64,000 bases of DNA from Camelus dromedarius (lineage: Eukaryota), in assembly GCF_036321535.1 (NCBI RefSeq), contig NC_087436.1, forward strand, positions 22,632,001 through 22,696,000. The letters are read 5' to 3'. The position numbers and the translations under genes are program-made. The notes beneath the pieces were generated by a model. That model had not been told where the DNA came from, did no database searches, and saw only the letters and a list, made by a program, of their open reading frames with translations. Shown here one piece after another: positions 23,642 through 37,789 of this stretch (its first letter is position 1; each line of letters begins with the position of its first letter).

Positions 23642-23959
23642 GTTGTGTAGGTAGTGGAATGAAGCCAGTGAATAATTTTGGGATATTCTATAGAGTTTTA
23701 CCTTTCCCAGGGTCATTGGAAATGAGATTCTTGAGGGACAAGAAAGTAAACACAGATTTAAGGTTAGTAGAGATTAAAAACTCCTTGTATTTAAATTTTG
23801 ATTGGAAGCTCATCTTCATATTGAGATTTTTTTCATAAAGCATTTTTTTAAAAAACATATGTCCTAGCTCTGTCCATTGAAAAGACCAAGAAGCAAAGAC
23901 CGACCCCATGGCAAAGTGCTCAGATTGTCTTGAAAATACTATTTCCCACAAAGAGTAAC

Positions 23960-24240
23960 CAGGGTTCCTTAAAGTTATGTTCACAGCAGGAAACACACAA
24001 GATGAGCCTGAAATGTCCTGTCACAACAGATAGCAAGGCAATTAATAAACACCAGTAAGTACCAGCTTAAAGAGGCTTTCACTGGCCAAAAATAAGGTCA
24101 TTTTGTAAGGATAACAACTGTAATAAATTAAAATACACCAAATATGCTTAAATTCATGCACTGATAATAATAATACTAAAACAAAGAACAACAAAGTAAA
24201 CAGATTGTTCACTGGTACACAATGCTAGAGAACTGAATTC
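23960..24240 (+). mobile_element. L1MC-like 3'UTR fragment
   Basis: 'acacaagatgagcctgaaatgtc...agcttaaagaggctttcactggccaaa'. Confidence 0.6.
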
Positions 24241-25654
24241 AATTAAAGACAGAAGAAATGGTTAAATCTCCTGAAATAAGTTCATAGGCTTTGCAAAGCT
24301 AGAAATGCTCTGTCACAAATTCCTGCCTCATCCACTTGTCTAATTTCTTAGCCAATTTTCAAGAGACTTTTTTTCTGTTTCTAAGATTAGGTAAAAAAAA
24401 AAATCAAAGTGCAAGCACATTGTTAATTTATAACTACAACATGCCTAATAAAAATGTATTTTATTTGGTATCCCCATTAACCTTATTTCTAGAGTTGAAA
24501 GATATGAAGTAAAATTTTTGAATAGTAGAATATTAAAATAAGCTTGGAGATCATAAGCCAGTGTCTCATTTTACATATCAAGTGTCTGAGGTTTTTCACT
24601 CTATTTCCAAGACATTACCCACACAACTATGGTAGGAAGATGTCTCCATCAGAGAGTTGAATGTTCGTTCTGAAGAGCACTGCAGGTGGGAAGTCTGTTC
24701 CTCCCTTTTCCCAACATGGCAGAAGGTCTGTTTTGATTAGCACTGCTGCCTGCTGAGTTCTTGTCCTAGCCTTGGGGTGTATTGGAAAAACATTTTATTT
24801 TCCTTCTGCTGTATGAATTGACAGGCTTTTCTTTAGCAATTATTTTGATGGCTCATATTCCTTACAATGAGGAAGTTACCATGATGGGATGCAGATGCTT
24901 AAATCCTTGCCCAAATCTGTGAAAGGCTGTATGGAGGAAGAGGAGGAGTTTGCTAAACCAGAGGAAAGTAGTCAGAGGGGCTTGACCGTGAAAGCAGTCA
25001 TGGAGAGAGCTGGGGAGTATTCAGGAGACGACTGTGTCCAGGACTGGCTGGGGGGTCAAGGCACTGACCCCGGGTTAAAGGTTCACAGATGATTCACACA
25101 ACACTATAAACATGTCCGTTGGATGAATGAATACGGGAGCATTCCAGGCAAGACAGTACAGGGATGAGAAGGTGAAGCATAGAAAACTCTCACTCTGCAA
25201 AGGTAGAAACACTCATGGAGTTAAGCTGATAAAAGGCTCGTAAGCTCATACATAAAATTAAGTGAGCCATTAATGAGAAAGTCCCCTAGAATCTCACCTA
25301 TGTTAGACAAACCTTAAATAATTCATAATAATAAAAAAGAAATCAAGCCATTAGCTTCTCTTGTGAGAACACGGTATCTTCTGTGAGAAGACTACTGTTG
25401 GCCAGACATCTATTAGAGTGTAGGAGACAATTCTTAATCTCAAAATAAATGTGGGAAAATATTCACCAAGGAAAACAGAGTTGATCAAGTCAGATCCAAC
25501 CACAGTGAGCTCCACAGGAGTGTTTAAATTCTTGGGTTGCTCTAGAGCTCTGTTGCTCAGTTTCCTTGTGTATAAAATGGCATATCATCATATAAATCTC
25601 CTAAGATTGCAGTCACAGTGAAAACAAATGAAATATGCACAGCAGAGTCCCCTC

Positions 25655-25777
25655 CTTTCCCACGACACCTCCCTCCTACTAAAACAGCAGAGTTGGGTAG
25701 TTGCGACAGAGACTTATGACCCCAAAGCCTAAAATATTTACTATCTGCCCCTCACAGGAAACAGTATGTTGACCCCA
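25655..25777. mobile_element. MER58A-like hAT fragment (preceded by a MIR fragment at ~25540-25640)
   Basis: 'cagcagagttgggtagttgcgacagagac...aaagcctaaaatatttactatctgccc'. Confidence 0.75.
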
Positions 25778-28427
25778 ATTTAAATCAATAATAGTAAGTA
25801 AGTACTTGCACCTTGAGGACTCACTGAGCATCTAAAACTCTGAATTGCCTCCTATTTCATCTTAGCAAGAATGTTGGGCTAAAAGCTGGGTAAGGCTTAC
25901 TGAATTAACCTAGAGCCTGTATTCTCTCGGAAACCACAATTTGCACTTGAAAGGAGTAATCTCAAGGATGCGCACGCTAACCCTGAGGTTCTCCAGGTTC
26001 TGGTATGTAAGAAATTATAGATCAGAAAGCTCCAACCCCTTGATTTCTTTGCTTTGTTTCTTCATGGCCATTCCTTACAGAACTGTAATTTGAAAGGTTG
26101 ACCTTAGTCCCCCAAAGAGCAATGCTGTATCTTAAATAGAACTCACGTTCAAGTATTTGTCCATTAGATCATGCAGTATTCTTTGGGGGAACTATGTTAA
26201 AGGAGGATTTTAGTTGACTATCTACAGTGACAGTAAGACTATGTCAGAAAAGTATGGGTAGTATTTCTACTTGCAATAAAGGAGTCTTGAATTCAATATT
26301 AGAGACAACTTAGTTCTTCCCGGTAAACTCCCATACTTTTATTTTTAGTTTGATGAGGGCTGAATAATTCTTCACGCTTCTGCATTTGTTTCAGGCCTAT
26401 GGAAAGACAGAAAAATGAAAGATTTGGAAGCAGTGAGCCAGCTGGACCTGAGGCTTCTCCCCTTAGAAATTGAAATTAAATGCCCCATAGCTCGTCAGGT
26501 GCCAGCTACCAGCAAACTGACGTTTCTCCACCTTCTAGGCTGCTCTTAGGTTCCTTTCATAACAAAAGAGCAAAGCCCCAAAGGGTGTCCAGCCAGACCC
26601 AGACTAAGGCAACCACGGCACAGGAGGCAGAGACCCCAGGGGACCCATGAGTTACAGCCAGCACCTAGGGACACCGCATGCTCTCTTGAGCCCTTTTCTT
26701 AGGAAACTCAGCACTAAATTCTGTGGCAAAATGCCCTAGAGCTTACGGTGTAATCATTTCCATGGGCATTATGGTTCTTATTTTTGCTTTTTTAAAATCA
26801 TTACTTTAATGGTCCTATTATGTCTATTATTATAAGCCAGCTCAAATCTTTTCTGGAAATAGGGTATAAATAATAAATAAGTGAAATAAATTCCTTTTCT
26901 TTGCCCAGCATGTGCTGTATACTTCGGAGGACATGAAAAACATAATCACTGCTCGCCGGGAGATTTTATTGTCAATTGGGGGATGAGAAATACACTCGTT
27001 AAACAACTAGAGGATATTTTAAGACTACTTATCATTTTTACTGCCAATTGTCTGATACAGACAGTCTATTAGAGAGATTCAGAAAAAGGCGGGTTCTATA
27101 TAAACAGAATTAGTCAGAGAAAGCTTCATACACGGGTTGAGATACAGTCCGTTTAATGCCACATCTCCAGCCCAGAGCTCCCCGACCAAGGTGTCAAGTT
27201 GATATCGATCCCTTCTTCCCCCTCGGTAGCTGAGAAGGCATGAAGCAAGCACCTGGCTGGGAGCAGCCTGCTTTGAGCTTCAAACTGCCCTTGATTTTAC
27301 CTTAGTGGGTCACACCAGCACGATCATCTTCTTTGTGTGAAAAGCAGTCTCACGATTGGTCTAGGGAAAATGGAACTATCTAACTATATTAATTTCAGCT
27401 TCTCATATCTGATTACATTCAGTAAGATTTCCCTTAAACAACATTCAGCTAATCTGAATCTTTCTGGCTGAGCTGTTGGCTTTGCAAACTGTTCCCCAAA
27501 ATTCACAGTCTCATAAAGTGAGTCACTGTGCCTGTTCGCCAGAAGCGATTTTGGCCATATAAACAGTTCATTAGTTCATTTCCTGTGGGAATTCAGTAGT
27601 TAATTGTTAGTTGATTGTTGCTTCCATAAAAATAATCTCTTTGCTTCCTACTACTATGTAAGCAAGCCTGCTGCCCATGGTTGACAAGCATATACATATA
27701 TATACAATCTGTATGTATGTATGTATGTATCAGAATAACACCTAATACCACTAAAAAGAGGAAAATACACTTTGATTTATTAGCATCAGGTTTCTAGCTG
27801 CACATTGGCCAGTTTCGTCAAAAGTTTAAATTCTTCCAGTGAATGGATTCTTTATCATTTTCGTCATCCAAATAGTGGGTATCTTTACATCATAGAACTA
27901 AGTTGGTGACAACCAAAATAAAAAGAAAAAATTCCAAATGTTCTTGGCTGGCAATGTTAAGAATCTATAAACATAAGAAAATAATCAACAATTTAGTAAA
28001 AGAAAATGGTGAAATAAGGAAAAGAAAAAGAAAAACTGAATGTTGCAACAATGTTCTGAGCACCAAACACTTCAATGGTGAGGAAGAGACTCTAGATTTA
28101 GTTTTCTAGAAAATTCTCCAGCTCTGCAGGTATGTGCCAAAAAGCCTTCAAAGAAGAACCTAGTAGCTTGCAGCTAAAGGTGCCTGGTGAGGCAGCCTTA
28201 TGCATCCTCTGTGAACGCTTCAAAGTTCATATCCTACACAAATGCAGAAGTGATTTTGTTTCTTTCCTTATTTTAATATGAATTTTCTGTCTTAAAAAAA
28301 ACCCCACATACTATTCTGTAATTAACTCCAACTTCTTTTAGTGAATTTTCTATAGTCGATAGAAAATACCAACTCCCAATTACTCAGATGTTATGATTTT
28401 TTTTTATGTTTACAATGAAGCCTAGCT

Positions 28428-28750
28428 GAAGGACTGGCAAACTTCTCCTGTAAAGGACCAGATAGTAAACATTTAGGCTTTGTGGACAATATCTTCTGTG
28501 TTGCAACTATTCCACTTTGCTGTTATAGGGGGAAACAGACAAAGACACTATATTTACAATGGCTGTGCTCCAATAAAACTTGATTTATGGACACTGACAT
28601 TTGAATTTCACATAATTTTTACATGTCACCAAAGTATATTCTTCTTTTGATTTTTTTTCAACCATTTTCAAATATAAAAAAGTTCTTATCTTGTGGGCTG
28701 TAGAAAAGCTAGCTCTTTTTGGCCTGCTAGACATGGTTTGCTGTCCTGGC
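28428..28750. mobile_element. MER58B-like hAT-Charlie MITE
   Basis: 'ggcaaacttctcctgtaaaggaccagatagtaaacattt...ccaataaaacttgatttatggacactga...ggtttgctgtcctgg'. Confidence 0.8.
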
Positions 28751-30564
28751 TGGATCATTGATTTGTAATTTGTGGCTCATAAACCAGTCTGGTGGGTGGG
28801 AGAGGAGAGATTTGAGCACAGAATTATTACAAGCAATCTTCTAATAAAGCATTGTCTCTAGACTGGAGAAATGACCTGTCTCATGTACATAATATCTCCT
28901 TTTCAAATGTATGTGAGTGTAATTGAAACTAGTAAAATAAAAATCACAGTACCTTCAAGGGGGTTAATAAGGTAGTATAAGATAGTCAAACAGATTTTAA
29001 TCCACCTGTTCCTAAGAGCTGCTTTGTTTTATGTTTGTTCACTGAGAGTTTAGTAGTTCTAGTCTTTAGAACAAAATTAGGCACACATGGAAGAATAAAG
29101 ATGAATGGAAGGAGAAAGGAAGAAAGAAAAGAATGAAGACATGGAGTGAGGGAGGGAATAACAGAGGGAGAAGAAGACCTGAACAAGGCAAGACACAAAG
29201 AGCAAGATCTTATTGGAAAAAGATACCAAGCAATTGAAAGAGAGAGAGCGAGCCAGCCATTGCTTTTAGTAAAGCTCTCATATGTTTGGAGTCACAATTC
29301 CTAATCTTTCCAGACAGATAAAAGCATAGCATTAAAGAGTCTAGACAATAGAGTCACAAATATGATTCATTTCCTAAGTAACTTTTTAAATCTAGATTAT
29401 TCCTTCATTAACATGCAAAATCTCCCAGGGTGTCAGGAATGCCAGCCTTTATGTCAAACGCAAACTTTTAAATTTGGGGAGAAAAGAAGGAACAAACTGA
29501 AAGGACTTCGGGTGCTAGAAAGATTATAATTATGTTAATAATATGATAATAAATTAATGGCCGTGATAAGAAGTTCACTTTGGTATCTCATTGGAAAGAT
29601 TCAGTTAATGTGGCAAGTTCAGAGGGAAAAGAGCATCTCCAGATACTGGAGAAAATAAAAACCATGATATTTACAGAGAACCCTAATTATAGATATGTTT
29701 GATTATGGCCAGTGTAATTTATTATGTAACTGAATTGCTAGCCAAAAACCTGAAATCCAGCTGTGAACAAATATGCTGACATTTAAATATGTGTCAAAAA
29801 AACAGCATATGAATTTATCATATCATAGAACTTATTTTAATCTTACCTGATCCTAATTTTAATCTTACTCTTTAAAACACATCTAAATATAATTTATACT
29901 AATTCTATGCTTTCTGCATATTGAAATAATACATATGTATGTGTGTATATATCTTTACTGGCTTCCATTGTGCAAATAAAATCCACTATAAAAATGAAAT
30001 TGGATACATTCAAGAATTTTAAAATTGAGAGAATGAAAAAATTGGAATAAAAAAAGAAGATAAACAGAGAAGTTAAGAAGGCAAAACAAAAAGGAGTAGG
30101 ACAACAGGAGAAGGAAGGGAAAAGAGGACCCTGGCTGTTGGAGTCCTGACGATACAGAGAGGAAATATTGCTGCTTTACTCTTCTAAGGCACTATCTCTG
30201 GAGAAAAGGTGTGGCAAGCATAATTATCTATGAAGAATTAAAGAGGATTTGAACACAGTATTTTAAGACACTTGGCTCCACAAACTTAGTTCTGCACCTG
30301 CTATTGAGATTCCTTTGACTGCAAGGCTCTGGTACACTCAGTGGAGAAGAGGAGGAATTTACCTTAAGACGTGATGGAGAGGTGGGAGGGATGTTGCCAG
30401 ATTATTTATAAAGGATGTTTTCAGACCTCTGGTAAAAGGTAAGCCATATGGATTTTACTCTTTAAAGGATGCTCTGCTTAGAACACATTAGTTTTAAAAT
30501 AGCATAGGTAGCACGCATGTTTTCAACAAGCATGTTTACTCCTTTTCCTCTCCCATCCTTGTCC

Positions 30565-30890
30565 CTCTGATGTGCTGTTTGCTAACAGCAAAAATGACTA
30601 GTTGCCCCCTCAATATCTGTTCTCCTTTCTCCTACAGCAAGAGAAGTTTCAGCAGGGGACATAGTCTCAGAGCTGAAGACAGTATTTCCCAGCCTTCCTC
30701 ACTGCCAGTCCATGTGACTAGGTTCTGGCCAAAAAAACGTGAGTGGAAATGACTGCAATTTCCGATTCCACCTTTCTAAAGAATGAGCATTCTCTCCCAC
30801 CTCTTCTGCTCCTTCCAAGATCTCCCCTTTCCTTGAAGGCCATGGGATGGCAGAAGCTTGAGCAACTTCATTCCTTCCCCACCTCTATCC
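30565..30890 (+). mobile_element. Old MaLR LTR fragment (MLT1J-like)
   Basis: 'tttcccagccttcct...ccatgtgactaggttctggccaa'. Confidence 0.55.
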
Positions 30891-30894
30891 TCAT

Positions 30895-31118
30895 GACTGT
30901 ATGTTATATTTCTCCCATAGCATAGATTACCTCCTAATAATACCACACATGAAACGATTTAAGTAAAAATATATATTAGTTGCTCATCAGATTCACCACT
31001 GTCACTCTTCTGTAGGAAAGAGTAGGGTTTTTTATTTTTCTGTTTTGCTTCCTTAGCACCTAAAACACCTTAAGATACATAGAATGTGCTCAATAAATAA
31101 TTGTTGAATAAATGAATA
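30895..31118 (+). mobile_element. L2 3' end
   Basis: 'gtgctcaataaataattgttgaataaatgaat'. Confidence 0.6.
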
Positions 31119-31739
31119 TTCATATGAAGAGAACCAGGAGAGCTTGGAAAACTAGAAATGTATAGATACTCTTGAAATCTATGGCAGCAACATGTGGTTT
31201 GGATTTTTACCTACAAAGAAATTGTTTTAGATCTTTGCATAAATAATGTTTCTTGGACATGCCTACTCTGTAATTTCTCGTTCTGAATTTTTGTTTGCTT
31301 GTTAGTTATAGATTAAGGTAGTATAAGGGGAAAAAGAGGAAAAGGCATAAACCAGCTCTAGGATTTTTTTTCTTTCAATCAAAGCCCACAGGAGAAAGCA
31401 AACTGGAATTTCACACAAATAAGACACAAAAGATTTTACTGTTGTTATTTTTCTTTTCTTTGTTCTGGACATAGAAACAAACTGTTAGATTCTGGCTTTG
31501 GAAATTAAGCACAGAAACTTTAAACCTTCTTTAGTAAATACAATAAATAATAAATTTTCTTCAATGTATTGCATAACTATTTTAGGGGTCTGAATTTGGA
31601 CATAGAAGAAAAGGAATAGGAAAAAATGTGAAAGAAATGAAGGAAAAATGAGACAGGAAAAGAGAGCTATATTTGGATTAGGCAAGCAAAGAGTGGTATA
31701 AAGGAAGACAAATTTACACACATTACATACAGAAAGCTA

Positions 31740-32010
31740 TTTATACTATTTCATTTATACATGTAGAAATATAAAATAAAAATATGAAAGAAAAAATATA
31801 TATCAGAAATAAAATATGAAAATGATACACCATATAGATTAAATAAAATACAAATAAAATAAATATGTTATATAAATAAAATAATATACAAAATATATAA
31901 AACATAAAATAAATATATAAATAACAAATATAAATAAAAAAATATTTAAGTAAAATATAAGAGAAATATTAAAAATATAAAAAATAAAAAAGATATAAAA
32001 TAAATCCTCA
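31740..32010. repeat. AT-rich low-complexity tract
   Basis: About 270 nt of degenerate (ATAAA/ATAT)n. Confidence 0.85.
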
Positions 32011-32299
32011 TTTATTTTAGACTGCCACATTGTGCTCTATAGGGTGGTAACACTATAATTTCTTCAGTCACTGCATGACAAACAACACTTTAGTGAAAAT
32101 CCTCTTGTCTGCAAAAGTTGCCAGGCATTGGACATACTATGTCATAGAATATATGCAATTTAAAAAATTTTAGTAGATACTATCAAAATTACCGTTCACA
32201 GTCAGAACCCCTGTAGGAACATTGCACAGCTCTAGGTGTTACTCCCCTACCACGTGATGGAGAATATGCAACAACTAGCTCCATTTCATTAGGGGACGT

Positions 32300-32745
32300 T
32301 AAGTCAAGAAGAAATAATTGCAGGGTGTGCTATCATATACAGAGTGGTCAAGGAAGGCTTTTTTGATAAGATGGCACATAGATAAAGACCTAAGGGCTGT
32401 GAGAGAGTAAAGCATATGGATACCTGTGGGAATGGTGTGCAAAGAGCATAAACAGCAACAAAGCCTGTGAGGCTGGAGGGAGGAATGAGGGGGAAGAGGT
32501 AGAAGAAGTGATCAGGAGTTGCCAGGACCTCAGTATGGTCTCTGAGTTTTACTCTGTTACACGGGAAGTTTAGAGCAGAGGACATGACCTACCTTTAAAG
32601 GCAGCTGTATTGAGAGCAGAGTCTGAGAGAGAAACATAGACGGAGGGGCCAGGGGCCCAGCTATCATCATAATCCTGGCCAGGGATAGTGATGGCTGGAA
32701 TTGGGAGTTAGCAGTAGGCATGATGGAAGTGGTCACGTTCTTAAT
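32300..32745 (-). mobile_element. L2 fragment
   Basis: 'gtggtcaaggaaggc...tttagagcagaggacatgacc...gatagtgatggctgg'. Confidence 0.7.
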
Positions 32746-33669
32746 TCCAATCCAATTCTTTTCTTTCTTTCTCTTCATGTGCGTAAGTTTTTCATTATAA
32801 ATGCACAGAATAGTTTTACCTACACAAAAGATGCACATCAATGAAAATGAACAAGTGAAAGGAAGTTTTCCATAGAGTATCCTTTTATTGCTGTCTTGGA
32901 GTAGACAGATCCAAAACCAGGCAACCGGTAGACCTTAAAGATCACTCATCCTCATTCCTTAAAATCAAGTCTATGTTGTTTTCTGCCTGCAAAAGCCCAA
33001 GTAATACTCCTTTTTCTCCCTTACCATACTTACTAAAAGCAGCCAAGCACAATACTTACAGATGGCAGCTGCTAATGACAAAGTGGGTCTTTGGAGAGTG
33101 ATTTAGTAATTCTTTAGTGTCAAAAGTCCCATAAATAATGACAATGGGAGACAAAAGAATGTTTAATTTTATTAGAAGTTTTGACCAGTATCAACATCTC
33201 TCCTGAGAAGAATTTACGTTTACAGTTGAACCAAATTACCCCTCTACAGGGAATGGTAAATGGAGTAAGTGTGGTAGTTGTGGTAGTGGTGTGCATGTGT
33301 GTGTGTCTAAATAACCTCCCGGAAAGTACTAAAAATACTCCCAAAGTGTCAGGGTTTGTTTTTACTATCACAGTAAGCAGATATTACTTTGAAAAGTAAT
33401 TTATCTTCAGTTAATCACAGTACTTGCTTTTTTTTTTTTCAAATAAACCACTGAAGTGGACATATTCTGAAAGACCAATAGGCTTGATATACTGAGCCAT
33501 CAACTGTTTAAATCCCTTTCTTTTCAATCTATGCAGTGACTCTGCAGGGGAAAAGATAAAACAGGCCTCTGCTCATTCAGCAGCCCTAGAGAAAGCCTTC
33601 TCCCTGACATTAATTTCTCACGGTATGACACGAGCCTGTTTTTGTCCCAGGCTACTTCCTCCTGATCTT

Positions 33670-33900
33670 AATGAAAATGGCAAATAGTTATAGAGCATTT
33701 ATTATATGCTTGGCTTTGCCCGAACACTTAACATAAATTAGTTCATTCTATTATCACAATAATTATGATTAAACCCGTTTTAGGTGTGGAAATTGCAGCC
33801 AGAAAGGTTAAGCAACATTCCCCAGGTCTCTGAATGCAATTGGTAGAGTGTATTGGCAGTGGGAGCGCAGAGACCCCTTACCCATTATGCCACAGTCCTC
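33670..33900 (-). mobile_element. MIR
   Basis: 'agagcatttattatatgc...aaggttaagcaacattccccaggtc'. Confidence 0.55.
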
Positions 33901-34704
33901 CGATCTATGTTCCGAAGATTATTCTTTGACATTTTTGCAAACTATAGCACACCATCGTTTCTGGTCTCATATCTCCTGTTCACTTTATCCTTCACCTTTC
34001 AGACTCATTGATAGGGTCCTTCCGTCTTGACTTTAACAGGATGTCATTTCATTTCTCTCATTTTTTTGAACCATGATAATTTGCTTGCAAGAGAACATAT
34101 TAAAAACTCAGCATGTGACTGACAAGGAGCCGTAGACCTTGAAGGGGCTTTATCTTCCTGTTTGTGATACCATCTAATCTGATCTGGCAACAAAACTGAC
34201 AGAGCACAACCAATCTCATTTTTTTCCCCCAGTGGCCCATCCAATAAAGACAAAAACGTAAATCATTTGATATGTGTGGATATACACATAAATAGAATCT
34301 TTCAACTCACCATCTCCACCCCAGCCATCCCTTTCACCATTATGACAGCTGCTAAGCTTTTCCCATCATGTGCAATATTCATTTCCATCAGGTCTATTTC
34401 TCTCTGAACTTGTCTTTCATGGGTGAGGACCTAATTGCCCTTAGATCCTGTTATTCTCTTGTCTTGTCCATGTCAGTTGCTCTGATGACCCCGTGGCAAC
34501 AGGAAAAAGATTATTAAGATCACAGGAGAGAAGGGCAAATAAATAGGAAGAGAAGAAGCTACTGTGGAACATAGGAAGTTGGAAGTCAGATGTTTTAAGG
34601 GTATTCATTTTTGGTTATCAGGACCTGCTTTTTTAGAGTAGTGATAATTTTATTTCCTTGCATTTTTTTCAGTTCTTATCTATATATTTTGGCCTTGTAA
34701 AAGG

Positions 34705-34920
34705 AATATAGCCTGGTTAAAAAGATTTATTTTAAGAAAGGCTACATCACAGCTTTGATGGTTGATTTCCAAGCAACTTATTTAACTTATCTCAGCCATA
34801 GGTTTTTCATCTATAAAATGGAAATAACTACACATACAAAAAAGGTGTTGTAAAGAGTAAATTAAAGTTATGTGTATAAAAAAATCTAGGACAGAGGCTG
34901 GAACATAGTATTCATAAATG
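34705..34920 (+). mobile_element. MIR
   Basis: 'tttttcatctataaaatggaaataac...ggctggaacatagta'. Confidence 0.6.
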
Positions 34921-37023
34921 CAAACACATACATGTTTCAGTAGACATATCTGATCATTTTGCATGTTCATGCATGATCATTTCATATTTAATATGGATTT
35001 ATAATTATGATGACATGTATAAACTTGGACATATTATCTAGAGAATAATAACTTTTATTAGCATTGAGTATATATCCATTAGCAGAAAGAAAAAAAAATG
35101 ATTTGAAGGATTAGTTCACTTCTTGTTTAATAAAGAGAGATTAAAAAATAAAGCAAGCCTGAAAACGCCACACTTCCAAGTGAGAAGCTGTGATATTATT
35201 TCAGAAGAATTTCATTAAATTCTAATAATTAACAAGCATAAATTAATACACAAGGATTTCAAATCTAATTCTAGGCAAGCTGAAGAGATACTATAAGCCC
35301 TAATAAAGTTTTCACATTCTGAACTGATTTTTCAACAAAACTAAATTTCAGCAAAAATACGTCTTCTATTTGGTTTCTCACTACTCATTCAGTGATATTT
35401 CCCCTTGGCAGGGAAGATTTCAAGAAAGATTGCTGGTGAATGCTAAAATAAGGTGAAAGCTTTCCTTCACTTCAGATATATGCCCTTTCATGCCACTACT
35501 TTATTTGCTTATTAAAGGTCTTATAGGCATGTGGCTATGAAATAAGTATACCACACAAAAATGAAAGGTCTCCCTTTTAAGTCAACCATAGCTACCACCT
35601 TCTTTCCTTTCAGAAATGAAAAGCATTCTTTGCTAGAGTTTCTAGGACTCACCATGAGATGGTGGGCAAAATGTTACCCAACAACAAACCACTTATGTTT
35701 CCCCTCTACAAAACAAGATGAGACTAGGTTTTTCTCTATAATCCTCCCAACTTTTTTTCACATTAATTAGACAGATATTAAACAATTAATTATTCTGAAC
35801 TAGGAGTCCGGAGACAGAGAGAAAGATGAATATACATGGTCCGTCCCCAAAGGATTTATGATCTGCTAAATCCATCATCAAGGCAGTGAGGCTCCATCCA
35901 TAGGTCAGTCCTCTTCTCATAAAAGAAGGAAGTGTGTCCCAGAGCTTCAGTGCTCTCACTGACCACAGAGGACCATCTTGTAAATTGATAGCAGGTGAGA
36001 GGGTGGGTGTGACTGACCTTCACTAATCGCAACCACCAGGAAAGAAAAGCTGTGCTCTTATCCCACGAGTCGACATCTTTGGTTTCTTTGCGAAACGGAG
36101 ATTACAACATTTCTGAAATATACTTATTGCTTCAAATGACTTTGAGTACAGTTTGAATACCTTTGGGTTGGTTTGTTCTCATACAGGTCCACCTTCCCCC
36201 AGAGGAGATCCTGTTTCTGTTTGGAACTCTCTAACTTCAGCAGTTTTGAGTAGAGGCACATTGACTTCCAGGCAGCCGTCTGATTTCTCAGCCCTGTTAC
36301 TCCTCTTCAGCCTTTGCCTGTGGTTTTCAGGTGACCTTCCTTATTTCTGAAGTTTGTGACAACCTTGCCTTTCTTTTTAATTCTCTAGGATTCGTTCCTT
36401 CACACATTTTCAATAAAGAAAGGGAAAAACTATCCTTTCGTTTCCCAACCTTGAACTTCTCCATGGTTCAGAGTTGTTTTAAAATGAAAATGACTTATTA
36501 TTCTATCACACAATGCAGAGTGAATGCTTTTTATTCACAGCTTTAGAGAAGTTACCATTATTCTACTTCTCTTACCTCTGTCTTTGAAATCTTTTAAATG
36601 TCCTTGTAATTTCATATGGACACAATAATAAAGGTGAAAATGGAAACATAAGCATCCTCTTTGATGATCTTGAATATCCAGAGGGAGGTTCCATTCTTTG
36701 GCACAAAAATCTTAATTCATAGTGAATTTCTATTTCTGGGAAAATACTGATTCCAATAAACAAACACAGAAATATGTAAATATTTGGAGGGAGGCTAGAT
36801 CACAAATATGACCCTGTTAAATTTTTGTTAGTTGATTTATTTTAAGTTGGAATTAATGTGATTATAACAAAGATATGAAACTTCAAAGGCAGGAAATTCT
36901 GGCTACCTATTAATGTCAGGAAACCTGCTTCTGACCCCTCACGTAACCAAAAGAAAAATAAATTGTGTTCCAAATGTAATGGTGTCTAAACATGCTCATT
37001 CCATTTCTATAATTTCCTCTTTT

Positions 37024-37362
37024 ATTTACTTATTTTTTTTACATTTTTTTATTGATATTGTGTCAAATTTCAGTGTAGAGCACCTTTTTTCAGTTATACA
37101 TGAACATATACATAGTGTCACATTTTTTTTTTTTTGCTGTGAGCTTCCACAAGATCTTGTATATATTCCCCTGTGCTGTACAGTATGATCTTGTTTATCT
37201 ACTCTACATTTTGAAGTCCCAGTCTGTCCCTTCCCACCCCCCGCCTCCTTGGCAACCACAAGTTTGTATTCTATGTCTATGAGTCTGTTTCTGTTTTGTA
37301 TTTATGTTTTGCTTTTTTTTTTTTTTTAGATTCCACATATGAGTGATCTCATATGGTATTTT
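37024..37362 (-). mobile_element. Young 5'-truncated L1 3'UTR (same family as 13016-13863), 16-bp TSD
   Basis: Highly similar to the reverse complement of ~13515-13850. TSD tataatttcctctttt at 37008-37023 and 37363-37378. Confidence 0.92.
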
Positions 37363-37789
37363 TATAATTTCCTCTTTTTAAAAAGACTCTTTTATCATTT
37401 TCGTTGTTCCATTAATACATGTTCTTTTGACATGCACTGCTTGCCTTTCCTCCCCAGTGCCTAACCCCCCAGGTCCTGGTTCTCTATATGACCCATCCAA
37501 GATCTTGGAGACATGTTGAGCTCTAAAATGGCTTGTGTCTATTTTTTTTGACTAATTCATTTTTTATTTAAATTTTAAAATTTTTAAGTTAAAAAAATTT
37601 TATAAAATGGCTTATGTCTTGCCCAAGATAATCTGTTGGCAATACACAGACGTACTTGACATCACCATTCAATGTTGTATTTTAACTGAGCTACAAAAGA
37701 TAATAATAACCGATTTGTAAGAAACTATAAAACAATACACAAACTTGCATTATCCTGACCGTTCAAGTGTCACCAAACATTCCAATACA

